From Sphyrna mokarran (Eukaryota), in contig JAGIQG010000031.1 of the NCBI GenBank assembly GCA_024679065.1, positions 17,670,001-17,734,000 on the forward strand: DNA of 64,000 nucleotides, given 5' to 3'. Of the stretch, positions 13,018 through 27,152 are shown piece after piece (positions within the stretch are counted from its first letter, which is position 1; every line of letters starts with the position of its first letter). Under the pieces are notes generated by a model. It did no database searches. It was not told where the DNA came from and saw nothing but the letters and a program-made list of their open reading frames with translations. Position numbers and translations under genes: made by a program.

Positions 13018-14058
13018 TGAACATAAGAAATAGGAGCAGGAGTAGGCCATATAGTCTTTCAAGCCTGCCCCACCATTCAATAAGCTCATGGCTGATCTGA
13101 AGTGGATCAGTTCCACTTTCCCACTTTCTCCCCATAACCTTTAATTCCCTTGTCTATCAGAAACCTATCTACCCGTGACTTAAATATTTTCAGCAAGGTA
13201 GCTTCCACCACTTGAATGGCCAGAGAATTCCAGAGACTTAACACCCTTTGAATGAAGAAGTTTTCCTCAACTCTGATCTAAAACTCCACCTCACACCCCC
13301 CCCACCCCCCATTTTGAGGCTGTGCCCTCTAGTTCTGCTATCCTTTCTAAGTGGGAAGAATCTCTCTATTTCTACCCCATCTAGCCCCTTCATTATCTTA
13401 TATGTTTCTATAAGATCCCCCCTCAGCCTTCTAAACTCCAGCGAATACAGATCTAGTCTATTCAATCTCTCCTCATAGGCTAGCCTCCTCATCTCCGGTA
13501 TCAGTCTGGTGAACCTTCTCTGCACTCCCTCCAAAGCCAATATATCCTTTCGCAAATGCAGCAACCAAAATTGCACACGTTACTCCAGTTGCGGCCTCAC
13601 CAGTGCTCTCTACAGTTGCAGCAAGACCTCCCTGCTTTCATATTCTATCCCTCTCGCTCCGAAGGCCAACATTCCATTCGCCGCTTTGATCACCTGCTGC
13701 ATCTGCAGACCGGGCTTTTGCGATTTATGCACAAGGATCCCTAGGTCCCTCTGCACCGTCGCATGTGCAGCTTTTTGCCTTTTACATAATAATCCCTCCT
13801 ACTAATATTTCTGCCAAAGTGGATAACCTCACATTTGCTAACATTATACTCTATCTGCCAGGTCCTCGCCCACTTCCTCAGCCTATCCAGATCTCTCTAC
13901 AGACTTTCTGCACCTTCCACAGAATTTGCTTTTCCACTCATCTTCATGTCATCAGCAAATTTCGTTATCCTACACGTGGTCTATGTAAATGGTAAACAGT
14001 TGAGGCTCCAGCACCGATCCCTGTGGCACTCCACTAGTCACCAACTGCCAACCAGAAT
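13018..14058 (-). mobile_element. CR1 LINE 3' fragment (RT C-terminus and 3' UTR)
   Basis: ORF 13238..13576 (QFW..HLRKDILALEGVQRRFTRLIP..LYSLEFRRLRGDLIETYKI); 3' end seen as gaacataagaaataggagcaggagtaggccat. Confidence 0.95.
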
Positions 14059-14944
14059 GAAAACTGAGCTAGTTGGCAGGAGAGAGTTTCAGGATAGGAT
14101 CACATTTGAAGACAGAATAGAAATGTTCAGCACATCTGCAGAATGCACCTTTGTGATGCAGAAAACTGTGGACCGAGAACAACCATGATTGTGTGCTTAA
14201 TTGTTGTCTGATCGAGGAGCAGTTTGGAACTCAAGAAAGTAGTGTGGGAGGAGATCACTAGACATTTCTGACCCTGCGCTGTAAGGTGCCGGGGGAAGAG
14301 AACAGATAGTACAGGTGACAGAATCTTAAACTGTGGATATGGAAAATAAGAGAGTGGAGGGTAATAGTGGTAATGGAAATAGCAGGATATTTGGATAGTG
14401 GTAATGGAAATAGCAGTACATGATCTATCAAATGAGAAGGCTGAAGGTCAGGTCACAGCTCGGGGGTGGGGGTGGGCAATGCGGGAATGATAAGCTAAGT
14501 TTTGGAAACATAATGGTTAAAAAAGTACTCATTGGAAGCTGTGGTGTGGTAAGTGACATCATCAGATCAGTTGAAAGCAAGATTGGTGGTAGGTAAGGGA
14601 TTGGAGGAAAGTCAAGTAAATGGAGTTGAAGTTACAAGATAAGAGAAACTTGCAGCACATGAGGTCATTCAGTATTTTGTGCCCATGCTAGCTCTTCGAA
14701 CAAGTAATTATGCTTTGTCCCACATCCAGCTTGTTATCTGTGAGGTGAAAATCCATGGAATGTTGAAATGATCAAACAGGCATGAGGGGCTCAAGGACAG
14801 ATTCCTGTATTTCTTTGTAGTCAGCTTGTATGTGCTTCTGTATTATGATTTCATTGGTTTTGCTCATCCTCATGTGCCTTGCTGAAATGGGTAGGCATGG
14901 ATTAAGTTTTCTCCAGCTAAATAAACTTTTGAAATTATCTAAAT

Positions 14945-15035
14945 TTAGGAATTAGGGGCAGAAGTAGGCCATTCAGCCCCTTGAGCCTTCTCTGCCATTC
15001 GTAAGATCATGACTCATCTGACTGAGGCCTCAACA
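14945..15035 (-). mobile_element. Short CR1 3'-end fragment
   Basis: aggggcagaagtaggccattcagccccttgagcc...gccattcgtaagatcatg, similar to 13030-13100. Confidence 0.7.
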
Positions 15036-15984
15036 CAATATTTTTGATTGTATCCAAAGACTTTGCAGTTTATAAAAGGTTGCAAATAATTTTGATTGAA
15101 AAATGAATGAATATGTAACCATAATCCACTATCAACATAGAGTAACTCAGTTAATATCCAAAACCAGAGAAAAGATGTAATCATGCATTATAGTTACCAT
15201 CAAAATGCAGAGATAAATGATCTCATCAATCCATTGTTTCAAATCTACTCACTTCAATATGACCTTTAGAATTCATATATTGTCCACATAACTTTTTCAT
15301 TGGTGCCTAATGACAATTGCATTAGACAGATATCATTGTTTAAGGTCGAGTGAGAATGTATCTAGCTTTCACTCTGCTCCTGTGGTTCTCATGCATTCTG
15401 ATGAACCTTTGCCTGTCTAACTAATTGATAGGTTGGACTGCTGGCTATTTAAAAGTCAAGCCAACATGGGTCAGGAGAGCATTTGATTGCACACCCTTTG
15501 CTTTTGAGGGAGAAGCAGTATTTCAGTTTGTGAGCAAAATGGTTTGGGAAGAAACCAAGTTTGATGTAAGAATAGATTTCAACGAACAGTGTTAGAAATT
15601 TTAGCTTCAGCAGCACCTACGTTAACTAAAGTCCCAGATGGAAATGGTTAAAGCAAGTAGTTCTTGTTGCTGTTAATTTAGTTCTTAAATAAAAGTGTTG
15701 ATGGTAAGTTGTGACATCAGAGGAAATCTGCAATGAATGTGTTGTCAAGTGTATTAAAAATACCATCTCATTCATCATTAAGATCACACTGGTTTGGTTG
15801 AAATTTCAGCATGCGCATGCTAAGTTTGAGAAAATTCTTATGCTGGTGATGTTTGCACCTACTGAAAAGTGCATCATCCGTAGACTCGAAAAAGATGAGG
15901 CTGAATCTGTGGTTATAAGTAGTGGATTAATTTCAGTGTATATCATATATCGCTTTGCTGTCATACGCCTGTTCCTCTGACAGC

Positions 15985-16100
15985 AAGAAGTCTCGCAATG
16001 CTGGGTTAAAGTCCAACAGGTTTATTTGATAGTAAACACCACTAGCTTTCAGAACGCTGTTCCTTCGTCAGGTGAGTGAAGAGTTCTGATCACAAACTCG
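15985..16100. repeat. Short interspersed repeat fragment, probably a Penelope-like terminus
   Basis: gttaaagtccaacaggtttattt...actagctttc...ccttcgtcaggtga; recalled shark repeat motif, family uncertain. Confidence 0.5.
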
Positions 16101-19100
16101 GGCAGCCTGCAGACTTGCACTGCATTTGTGAAGCTGACCAGCTTTGTTGGGCAGTTTCACTCTTGAGGGTTTCAGGTATACTGATCTTGCATTAGTCTAC
16201 TCATTGGTGCTGAATGCAAACAGACGCTTGTGAATCTAGTGTCAGAATTTTCAGTGAGTCACAATGGTATTTACACATCATGATCTGGATGGTACTTGGA
16301 CTTTGAACCAGTTTAAGACTGCAATACTTCCAAGATCGAAGAACACTCAACAAGAAGAAATTCTCCCACTTTTCCAACACTAGTGTAAATGATGTTGAGC
16401 TGGACTTGACGGTTGCTGCCTTTTTCAGCTGTGTTCCAACTTGAGCAGTGATGAATTCTCCAGTTATCTTCTCCCTTTGTGCTTCGCTCCAATCAAGGAT
16501 GGCTGTGTTTTTATTTGTTTCATTACCTGAAATCAGCCTTGGGTGCAAACAGTTCTTGTCTACTAATTAATCCCTTTGCCTAATATCAAGAACATTGCTC
16601 TTTGTACATTCAGATGTCAGAGTAAAGAAAACAAAGCACTCTGAAGAGTTCAAAACCTTTTCCTCCACAAGGACAAAAAAACACACATGCATGTTAAGAC
16701 AGATGTGTTGACAGTGGTGTCAGCCGGATGCCTGAAGATTGGTTTCAGTGGACAAAAACTCAGTCTCAGAGATTGAACTGATTTTTTTTACTACTTAAAT
16801 TCATTAAATGTTTGTGACACAAAGTATAACTTCATTGCAATTCCACTCACACTGTTGATGATAATTGCAGTCACATCAGAGACTCTGCAATTAGATAGTT
16901 GCAAAATTTACTGCAGGCATTGTATGGAATGGTTTGAACAGGATTGCCTTCAAGCTCTGAGCCATTTTAAATTCAGCATCAATCTGTGATTTTTATAATA
17001 AATTAACTGAATGTCTTTTTGCAAGAAAGCTAAAGCTGGATATATCCAGGGAGGATAATGCTGGGAGTATGATTTTAAGTAATTTGTATCCCTCTGCAGT
17101 GTGTTACAATTTTACTCATGACCTTTGAAAGGTCATTCTTCTGATACTTAGGAACATGTGAATCCTTTGTCTCAAAATGATCAGTGATTTGATCGTGGGT
17201 GGGGCATAAACCCACTGGCAGTTATGAACAAAATATTAACCTTTATTGACCTTGAATTATGTCAACTTAGCCAATTGTTGATTTTTCTATGGTCAAGTAC
17301 AGGAAATGGAAGGTGGTAATTTCAGTGAGATCTTGGGGTTAATTCAGTGATCTAGTTTTCATGAACACTAATTCTATATCCTTTCAACTGACAGCACATA
17401 GTTTAGCATTGTCTCAATCAAGGAAATTCAAATTTAAAGTATCTTGTTTTTTCAGAAGAACTCACAAAGTAGTCTTGGGTTTCAAAAGAATAGATCACCA
17501 ATGATTTATGGCAAAGAATTGTAATGTCATATTTCTAGTGTGCTGTCTCTTCATAGACTGAGTTGACAAGTTTTGATGTACTTATTATCTTAAAGTTCTT
17601 TGCTTTCCTGTCAGCTCATCTGGTGAGAGCAGAATGTGATTGAGTTGTGAAGATTGACTGGTTGAATCTCTAATTTTGATAAAATAACTAGTCTGAGCCA
17701 AGTAAAGCAGTTGAGGTGCTACAGTTGGTTTAAGTGCTCTGGGCTGCAGAAGGGAAAACCAGCCAGGCTTCCAATGAGCCCTGCTGAAATATTCTATTTG
17801 TGGATTTGGGGAAGTTAACATTCGGTTTACTCTAGTCAAATTATCTCAATTAGTTAATGTCTGACTTCAAATAACAGTATGGACACCTGGGAGAGGTAAC
17901 AGAGGACACTAGTAGAAAACTACTCCACTATGATTCAAAGTCTTCAGGTGAGGAAGGGAAAATAATCTACTTTCACACAGGGTATTCAGAATGTTCTTGT
18001 GCAACTTTAAAAATTCTGGACACAAATGATGGAAACCTTCTGCTCCAACTCACTGATTTATATGTTGCATTTTTTTCGACAATGTACATGCAGTAATATT
18101 GCTGTTATGGACATCAGTTCTGCAAATCATACGTGCAGTTCAAATTTTCTTCTACTGTTGTCATTTTGAATCAGGAAATCATCAACAAAACGAACACAAT
18201 AAGCCTTTGTGAATGATGCTGTGATAAGTCATTTACTGAATGCTTCTATCATGTCTATATCCAAAGCTATTTACATTTACATCAGGACTTTATTGACACA
18301 CTTTACAATTTCTGTGGTGAAGAGGAACCATATCAGTTTGGTTTCTGTTGTCACCAGTCCAGGTGCGTGTCAGTGAAACTTCATGGCACACTGAACACTG
18401 TATTAGTACTTAAAAGAAAACCAGAAATACTGGAAATGCATCACAGGTCTGAGAGAGAGGTTAATATTTCATGTTTGATGAACAGTCCTAACCATGCTGC
18501 TTATTCAGATGTGAATAGATTTCATGAGCGCTTGAATTCTGATTTCACATTTGCATTAATAACCTGAATACTGGAGCCAAAATTGTAAGTTGACCAGATG
18601 TAATGGTGGTTTGAAAATGTGAGCGATATGATGGTGAATATAGTGAAATATTTTGTAAGAAGTTCACACTGGATACTCCATGTTGATGCATGTCAAATAT
18701 TGCACATTACTCAAAGAAAGTATGCCATACAAGTATCCAACAGAGAATTGAATCATCACTGTGAGAATTAAGACCAGAGAGTGAACTCGTCATGATCCTT
18801 GTCGAAACATATTTTAAGAAGTGAATCAAGCTGCTGGATATTAAGCCTGTTCGATCAAGTGCGTCTTCAGATACAACAGAGGAAATCTATTCACTTCAGC
18901 ATTTTACACAAAAATCTTGGTACATGCAGCAAGAGGGAAGAAGAAGTTTGATCAAATGTGCAATATGGAATGAGTATTTAGTGGAAATTAGGTAAGTTCA
19001 AGATCTACTTACAGTCTAGAACTAAGAAGGTGGGATTGGGGAAGGAATCTTTTGAGGGATATAAATGGTTGTGTTCCAGATAAGATTAGCCTTTATGTTA

Positions 19101-20454
19101 TTGGAAAGTATGACCAATAAATTTAATCAACAATTATTTTATTAATATTTGTTTTAAAACGGTCCTACATGTTTGGAATGTTTTGGGCCTCCTTCCAAAT
19201 TTACATCCCACTAAATATTAAATGGAAGACAGCTTCAGTAAAAGTAAATAGCACCCATGAGTGTATTCAAAGCTTGCAGAAATACAATTTCTAGAATCTA
19301 ATAAGGAGCCAGTAAAGTGACAGTTCCTGTTGAAGTATTTAAATATTAAATAGTATGCTAAAACCCCAGGTTATTTTGTTTATTTTCAGATGTAATTCTC
19401 ATTCGTTTAATTTGTCATTTATGTACTTGGATATTTGCAACTTCAGATTTATATTTTCCATACCATTTAAGAACGTTATCATTTCATTGAGAGCTCCTCT
19501 TTGATGTTCTTTATTTGATAGAGAGGTCTGTACAGAATATAAGTAGAATTTGTTTTACTCTAGTCTGCTAATGTTCAATGAGATCTAAAAGTGGAATGTG
19601 GTTGAATAGAGACATCAAACTGCCTCATTGTTTCAGAATGTTATGTTTTATTGGGATAAAAGCAACTAGATGCTTTTGGGCAATGATGTCTCATTTAGCA
19701 AGCTATCATAAATCTTTGTCACTTCATGAGAATTTCAGAGCAATTAGGGGTAGATTCAGGTAAGCCAACCTTTGTATCAAAGCCAAATCTTTTTGCTCAT
19801 TGCTGTCAAAAGACCAGTTGGACAGATACTCTACAATATTTCAGTAAGTTATGTTCTTCTTTGAGCAAGTTATGTTCTTCTTTGAGCAAGTTTTGCATCT
19901 GCTGCTATCTCATTAAAGTCTCCCAGCAGTGATTCTGTTTTTATCTTTTTCTAACTATACACTTGACAACAATGTAGGTTTTGAGTCATCCCACTAATGT
20001 TCTCATTCTTTAGTCTAGATTTCAGCTTGTTGTGACAAGTTAACAGTTGCCGTGATTTTGGAGATGATTTGATGTAGGTGTATTGTGAAAACTGACATTC
20101 AAGGCTGATGCTAGATGCTATTAAGATTGCTCAGTAGGTAGTAAGCAGGGTATTAACTTGTTTGGCAAACTGAAGGTCCTTAGTGTCTTCAGTGATATCT
20201 ACAGTATTAATCAAGGTAATAAAAAAAGATAGTCAATGTTTCTCCTCCTTTGCCCACCTTTTAGTCTTTCTACAAACTGAACTCGCACCTAAGAAAAATG
20301 CCAGTCTTTTGTGAAATAAATACTGATTTATTTCCACCTCAAGTCTGCTATCTCAGCTATGCAAATATCCATTCATAGTGAGTGAGTTCTAGCTGTCTGT
20401 CTCATGCATTAATTTACTCAAGTTTACTGAGTCTCAGTGTTATCTTAAATTGAT

Positions 20455-21650
20455 GGTTGGGCAAGTGACTTTTGTGACGTTGTCTACATGGACTTTACCA
20501 TTGCCTTTGACAGGGTACCACATGGTAGGTTGTTGCATAAGGTTAAATCTCACAGGATCTAGGATGAGGTATCTAAATGGATACAAACTTTGCTTCTTGA
20601 CAGAAGCCAGAGATGGTTGTAGTGAGTTGTTTTTCAAACTAGAGGCCTGTGACCAGGAGAGTGCCTCAGAGATCACTGCTGGGTCCACTGTTACTTGTCA
20701 TTTATATTTATAATTTGAATGAGAATATAGGAGGCATGGTTAGTAAGTTTGTAGATGACACTAAGATTGGTGACATAGTGGGCAGTGAAGGAAGTTATTT
20801 CCAATTGCAGTGGGATCTTGATCAATTGGGCTAGTGGGCTGACGAATGACAGATGGAGTTTAAATGTAGACAAATGTGAGGTGATGCATTTTGGTTGATT
20901 GAAGTAAGGCAGGATTTACTCAGTTAATGATCGAGGATTAGAGACAGCTAAAGAACAAAGAGATCTAGAGGTACATGTTCATTGCTCCTTGAAAGTGGAG
21001 TCACAGATGGACAGAATGATGAAGAAGATATTCAGCAAACTTGGTTTCATCAGTCAACATTGAACACAAGAGTTGGAATGTCTTGTTGAAGTTGTACATG
21101 ACATTGGTATGGTCATACTTGAAATACTGTGTGCAATTCTGGTCACCCTATGATAGAAGGATATTATTAAACTAGAAAGAGTGCAGAAAAGATTTACTAC
21201 GGTGCTACCAGGACTTGACGGATTGAGTTGTAAGGAGAGGCTGGATAGACTGGGACTTTCTTCTCTGCAGTGTAGGAGGCTGAGAGGTGATCTTATAAAG
21301 GTTATAAAGTAATGAGGAGCCTAGATCAGCTGGATAGTCAACATATTTTCCCAAAGGTAGAGGAGTCTAAAACTAGAGGGCATAGGTTTAATGTGAGAGA
21401 GGAGAGATAGAAAAGTGTCCAGAGCAGCAATTTTTTCACACACAGGGTAGTGAGTGTCTGGAACAAGCTGTCAGAGGAAGTAGTAGAAGCGAGTACAATT
21501 TTGTCTTTTAAAAAGCAGTTAGATAGTTACATGGGTACACTGGGTACTGAGGGATATGGGCCAAATATGGACAATTGTGAATAGCTTAGGGCAGCATGAC
21601 AAGTTGGGCCAAAGGGAATGTTTCCATGCTGTAAACCTCTGTGACTCTAA
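20455..21650 (+). mobile_element. Decayed 5'-truncated CR1 LINE
   Basis: ORF 20649..20834 (VPQRSLLGPLLLVIYI..SKFVDDTKIG) is a degenerate RT GVPQGS/FADD region; CR1-type 3' tail ending gtgactcta. Confidence 0.95.
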
Positions 21651-22854
21651 GTGAAATGTGCTAACTGTTAACCAAGTTTTGGAATTTAAAAAATTAAGTT
21701 AGAGAGATATGTGACTTTCTGGGCTCATCCCAGGCAAAAACAAACTGCTTTGCCTATTTCCACTCCAAGTGAGATATGTGATGGTGCAATAATTCTGAGC
21801 ACATGTAAAACTGTTCAAGACTCTACAATGGTCTATGGCTAGAAACTGTGTCCAGTGGTGAATTACCAGAAATCACCAAGTTTTTAAAGTTTGATATGGG
21901 GCTGATTGGAATTTCCATGATGTGTGGATCACTTCTGAAGCATGGATCTTAAGAGTGAAATGCAAAGAAGTTTTCTATATTGCTGGGGATTATGACCTGA
22001 AACTTGTCCTAATTTTGTCATGTGAAGCCATCAGCTCACAGGCTTGATAAATGTAAATGCTTTCTATGGTCAGAATGTATTTATATACAAAGTCTAAGTT
22101 TTGACTTTTGTGGAGTAACTGGTATAGTTTGTCATGATGTGTGCTTTTTTATTTCATCCTTTGCCATTTCATCTCAGCAGAGAATTCCATTTTGTTCATT
22201 GCAAAAATACATTTTGAGAATGTCAAAAGGCGAGTAATGAATTTTGACTGACTGTCGTGTGCCATTTGTCTAAATTGTACTTCTTTATCTGCCTGAAGTC
22301 ATGACCAGGTTGGAGATTGGTTCTGTTTGCTATCGCTGTGATCACTCAGTGGTAGATCACCATTTTCTGTGACAACAGGCAGACAAACTGTTTCTTTCCA
22401 ATTTTTCTTCCAAATTCCCTTGTCCAAAACAAAAACAAATGTTGTTTCTGCTTTTCTAAGCTGCTCTGTCCAGTGGATCAGCAGAAAATGAGAAAAATGG
22501 AGGCATATGTGGCACTTATAAAATTCAGTGCGAGACTCTCATCCCGGGGGGTAGGAGAGATCGTAGACATGGACCTGTAATGTAAAATTGTGAAATTTTT
22601 CAATTATGAATTGAGAAATTTCTTCTTTTAATGGAATATTCAATAATTCTGCCTTTTATGTGCACATCTCCACTTCAGACCTTTTGAAGAAAAATGTTTG
22701 AATAAGCCAAACTAGATTTTGAGCCTTGTGGAAAGATTATGTCCCGTCATTATTTTTGCCCTCTCACCTTGTGGTGTTTTTCATCATTCATTCTGTTTAC
22801 TGTGTAACATGCTCTGTGTGTTTGTTTCCATCGTCCTTTGCATGCTGCCTCCAG

Positions 22855-22950
22855 CCAAGGGCGCTGAGAGCAGTGCTGTAAGGAACCAGTCAGGTGCTGG
22901 GCCTCAGGCCGAGGTGCTCCAGTCTGCTCACCCTCCGCCTCCTGTACTCT
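22855..22950 (+). CDS. CAMK2B: Candidate 96-nt proline-rich cassette exon (A)KGAESSAVRNQSGAGPQAEVLQSAHPPPPVL (phase 1-1)
   Basis: gctgcctccag|CCAAGGGC...GTACTCT|gtaagt; GC-rich island in an AT-rich intron, length divisible by 3, open in the required frame, weak similarity to SSVRRGSGAPEAEG. Confidence 0.72.
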
Positions 22951-25900
22951 GTAAGTTGTCTGGGCATGCTGTGTTCTGCATATCACGTGACTGCCTGTGT
23001 GTGTTAACCAAGTTGTAGAAAGTGGCCATTCATAAAAACAAAACTGAAAATATCTCTCAATATATAGTTAATTTGTTGTTTTTCTGTTAATCTCCTTAAC
23101 TGATAATATTTTAAAAAAACGGAATAACATTCTGAGGTCAAGCCACTAATTTGTTCCAAAAATCTGATTTTTTTTTATTGTTTATCCTGTTCTCTATCAC
23201 ACTAGTGAAACTTGAATTATTCTTAAAATTAAAAGTGACTGAATTTTCCATATAAAAATTAGCTAAATTTGTTAATTAGAGATGACAGAAATACAAAAAC
23301 CTATCTGAACTATTGAAACAATAGTGGAAAAGAAAACTAGCTTCTGCAGATTTGATTGCCCAGAGATGATCAGATTGATCGAGCATCATACAGTTAGGTA
23401 GTTAGCCAGGAACATAGTTAGTACTTCAGAAGAAGTTAACATCTATTGTGTTCACACAATGGCATGAAGTAATCTTACTGCTTTGAACTTTCTCACAAAA
23501 GAAATTAACTAGTGTGCTGGATATCAGGTTAAGTAAATTACAAATGATGCTAAAACAATGCCTATAAATCTAACGATTCATTGCATTTTTGTAATTTCAG
23601 CTACATCTGAGAAACTTTAAGTCCCACATGTAAAAACATATCAGTAACATGACACATAAGATGGCAAAATTGAGGTGACATGACAAAAAAGGTCAAAGAC
23701 ATTCAAAGAAAAGACACAGAAACCAAAATAATTTTTTAGTGCTTGCATCTTTTTCTTAGTCATTAGCAATTAAGATATCAACTAAGCAGAAGAAAGGAGA
23801 GGAAAACTTATGCTGCCCAGTTTCCATTCTAATATACCAAATTTATGCACAACATCATCCAATTTTAAATTCCTTTAGTTGTGGAATTAACTATTTTGAA
23901 ACTGAAGTAATTTATCTCTCGTGTTTTGAATTACATTAATTCAGCAACAAAATTTGGATTTTTTTTTAAGTTTTACAGATCTAATGATGTAGCTGTGGCC
24001 GTTGTCCCGAAAGTAAAACTGATCTCACTGAAACTGCAAAAGAGCTTTATATGCAATAGACGACAGTGAAAAGTGTGAATATTCAAAATATTGAAAGCTG
24101 CAATTGTCAACCTTGTAGTTACTTGTTAGTGTTTTGTTTAGATGGAGTCTAAAATTACTCAGATAGTTGAATATTGTGGCAAGACTTATTATGAATGGCC
24201 GAAGCTAAAAACTGCATGCTGTTCAGCTTCAGCAGCTTGGCTTGAAGCATTAAGACTGTTTACATGGTTTATTGTAATCATCCCAAAATACAGAATCTCA
24301 TGTTTGAAGCTGCATGATTTGTGATTTTGATGTTATTGATTGGATGGGAAAGAAGGGGAGCAGCACTTTGTGCTTGTATTGAATACCATACCTTCAAGCC
24401 ATAGATTCAATTTACAGTCAAAACTCGTCACATGATGATTGACTGGCTCAGTTGGGCAAATATATATTTTGCAGGGAATTTCAAAAATTTGAAAATGAAT
24501 CCATCCATCTTCACAGTTGTCTCTCTTGAGTGTAGAAGCAATCCCTAAACAAGGTGATATTGTTTACAATTCTATCAGTTTTCAGTTTGCCCATTCCATC
24601 TTTATGTTTTGAGGCATTTCTTCTCCCAAATATGAATTTGTCCACTTTAATCAGTCTGACCTGTGTTGGATAATATTGCCACTGTCAGCATAAAAGCTGA
24701 AAGTTCCAGAATGCAAAAAGGGACTGCTGTAGATTCAGTTCTGTGAAGTTATGTCAAAAATCTTGATTTCTTGCAAATATCTTGTTTGCCATTCTGCTTC
24801 TTGTCCTAGCTTTCACTTCACCACAGAGTCCCTGTTTATTTATTTTGTTTTTCAATTGTAAACTGTATAAATGAGGCTGCAGTGTTTGCTCATCCCAAAA
24901 GACCCCAAGAAAATAATGATGGATGTTGTAATTCATATTGATTGGTTTCTAACACAATAATTTACAAGACCACATCTGAGGTCTTGAACAGTCAACCACG
25001 TAGTCTGGGATTAGAAGCCATTGTACTTTAGAATAGGTACCATTTGAGATTTTTGTAACTAAAATCTGGCAGCCTTCATGGTCATTTTGTTTTCTTTCAT
25101 GTGAATTCAAGTTATCAGATTTATTGAAATTGTTTCAGATCTTGCTAGGATTGAATTTATAATCTCTGGGTTGCTAATTATGTACAATGACCACAAATAC
25201 ATTATTGTACCTACAAACAGGTCCATTTTTGGCTAGACTGTGATTTGATTTCTTCTTACTCAGGAATTATTTAGCTATTAGTTGTAGTTGGCTCAAATTT
25301 CATAACATTTCTCTTCATTGCGAAGGAAATGGAAGCTTGGAAGGGGTGAAGATTGGTTAAAGTCTGTCATTTTAATTTAATTCTTAAGATGGTCTGTCAG
25401 TGACTCATTAATGGACATGGCAAAATAGCATCAAAATGTGGGTTCATGCAGCTTTGAAGACATTCATATGCAACATCCATAATTTAAATCACATTGCATT
25501 TGTCTCACACATCTCCAAAGTTTCCTATATTTCTAATGAAATGTCTAAAAGGATTTTAACATCTGCCATCTTTAATGGCCTTGGTGGGTGGGAGGAATAC
25601 CGAAACTGAGTTATAGGAAACTACATGGAATTTTAGAAGAATGATCATCTGTGAAAAGATTGCTTTGCATATTTTTATTATTCTTACGAATGTTTTAAAA
25701 TGTTAATTTAAACAAAGATGATGTTGTGTTAGTTCAGTCATAAAGGAAAGCTGACTGGGACAGCATTGGTACCATTCCTTCAACATTGGTGATCCAAGAG
25801 CAAAATAGGCCTACAGTTACAATATTGGGCCCCTGCCTTTATCGGGAAAAGATACCACATAAGTACTCGTCAGCTGTCCTACTCATAATGAAAATGTTGA

Positions 25901-27047
25901 AAAGGCTCATTAGATTCATTGAATTAAGATGCTACTTCCATCTTGGGAATTAAAATACTGAAACCTCGAGATCTATATTTCTGCTGCTGAGATGGAGTTA
26001 TGTCCAACTTCCTCGAAGCAGTGTGATTCCATTTGAGAATAGCTGTCATCTGCCCAGAACTTTTACTGCACTGGTCACAAGGTCAGTTATGCAAAACATT
26101 CTACTCCCTTCCTAAGAGATGTCTCTCACTGAATCTGACACAGTATCTCACTCTTATGATGGTTTTCACTGTTAACTTACAGAATATAAATATCAGCTTC
26201 TGGTGGATAATCTGAAATTGTATTTAGTTGGTATTTTGTCATAGTTTCTTAAAATGAAGCTTTGGAAAGCACATTTTGCCAAAGATGTTTGGTGGGCAAC
26301 TACTAATGCAGTCTGGTCTTCACTATGACTTTTAATCATGGAGCATAGGTCTGATTTCAACAGTTTGATTTCATTACTTAATAATCATGGGGAGAAGTTA
26401 ACAGGTTACATATGTGAAGGGTCAAAATTCCCCACCCTTCCTCCCTGCTGTTCTCAACATCCCAAATGTTCACGATCAATTCAGTAGGTAGATGGTGCAG
26501 AGCTAAAATGTAGGGGTTGAAATGGGCTGGAAATACATTACTGTAAATCTTAGAAGATTTGGACAGTGCTACATTTCTGCAACATGGAACAGTTATCAGG
26601 TGTTTTATTCAGCAAGGGAACTTGTTTTGAATTAACAAGTGTGGTAAATGACAGAATCTCAAAACGCACTATTCTAAAGCATGTAGTCTGTTTAAGAACC
26701 TCTGTGCTTCATGATGTACAAAATATACATGCAAAAAAAAACCTGATGGAAAAAATGAAATTTCAGATCCAGCCAGTGCATTGGATACTGATTAAAATGA
26801 AACATTATCATGAATGCTGAAGTGTATCCAATGAAACACAAACAGTTTAATGCCTATCATATGACTCCCACAAATAATCAAGTCCTAATTTTATTAGCAC
26901 ACAGCTTAGAATGCACCACTTTGAGTATCTGCACTAAAATTATGTGTGGACCAGTTGGGACAGCAACTCATTCATCTCACCTTCATTTTGTTTTAATTTA
27001 AAGAATTTGAACTCCAATCTCTGTTTCAAACAAATCATGTATGACAG

Positions 27048-27152
27048 AGTCATAGAATCATACAGCATGGAAACATGCTTTTTGGCCCAACTTGTCCAAG
27101 TCACATTTTTTCTTTCTTTCTAAGCTAGTCCCGATTACTCGCGTTTGGCTCA
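27048..27152 (-). mobile_element. CR1 3'-end fragment
   Basis: agagtcatagaatcatacagcatggaaaca...ttggcccaacttgtc is the reverse complement of the tail type at 21595-21650. Confidence 0.75.

Noticed and set aside
14364-14416. 22-bp direct repeat atagtggtaatggaaatagcag
   Set aside because: Two copies only; local duplication, not an array or CRISPR.
19846-19892. 21-bp tandem duplication aagttatgttcttctttgagc
   Set aside because: Simple slippage-type duplication with no sign of function.
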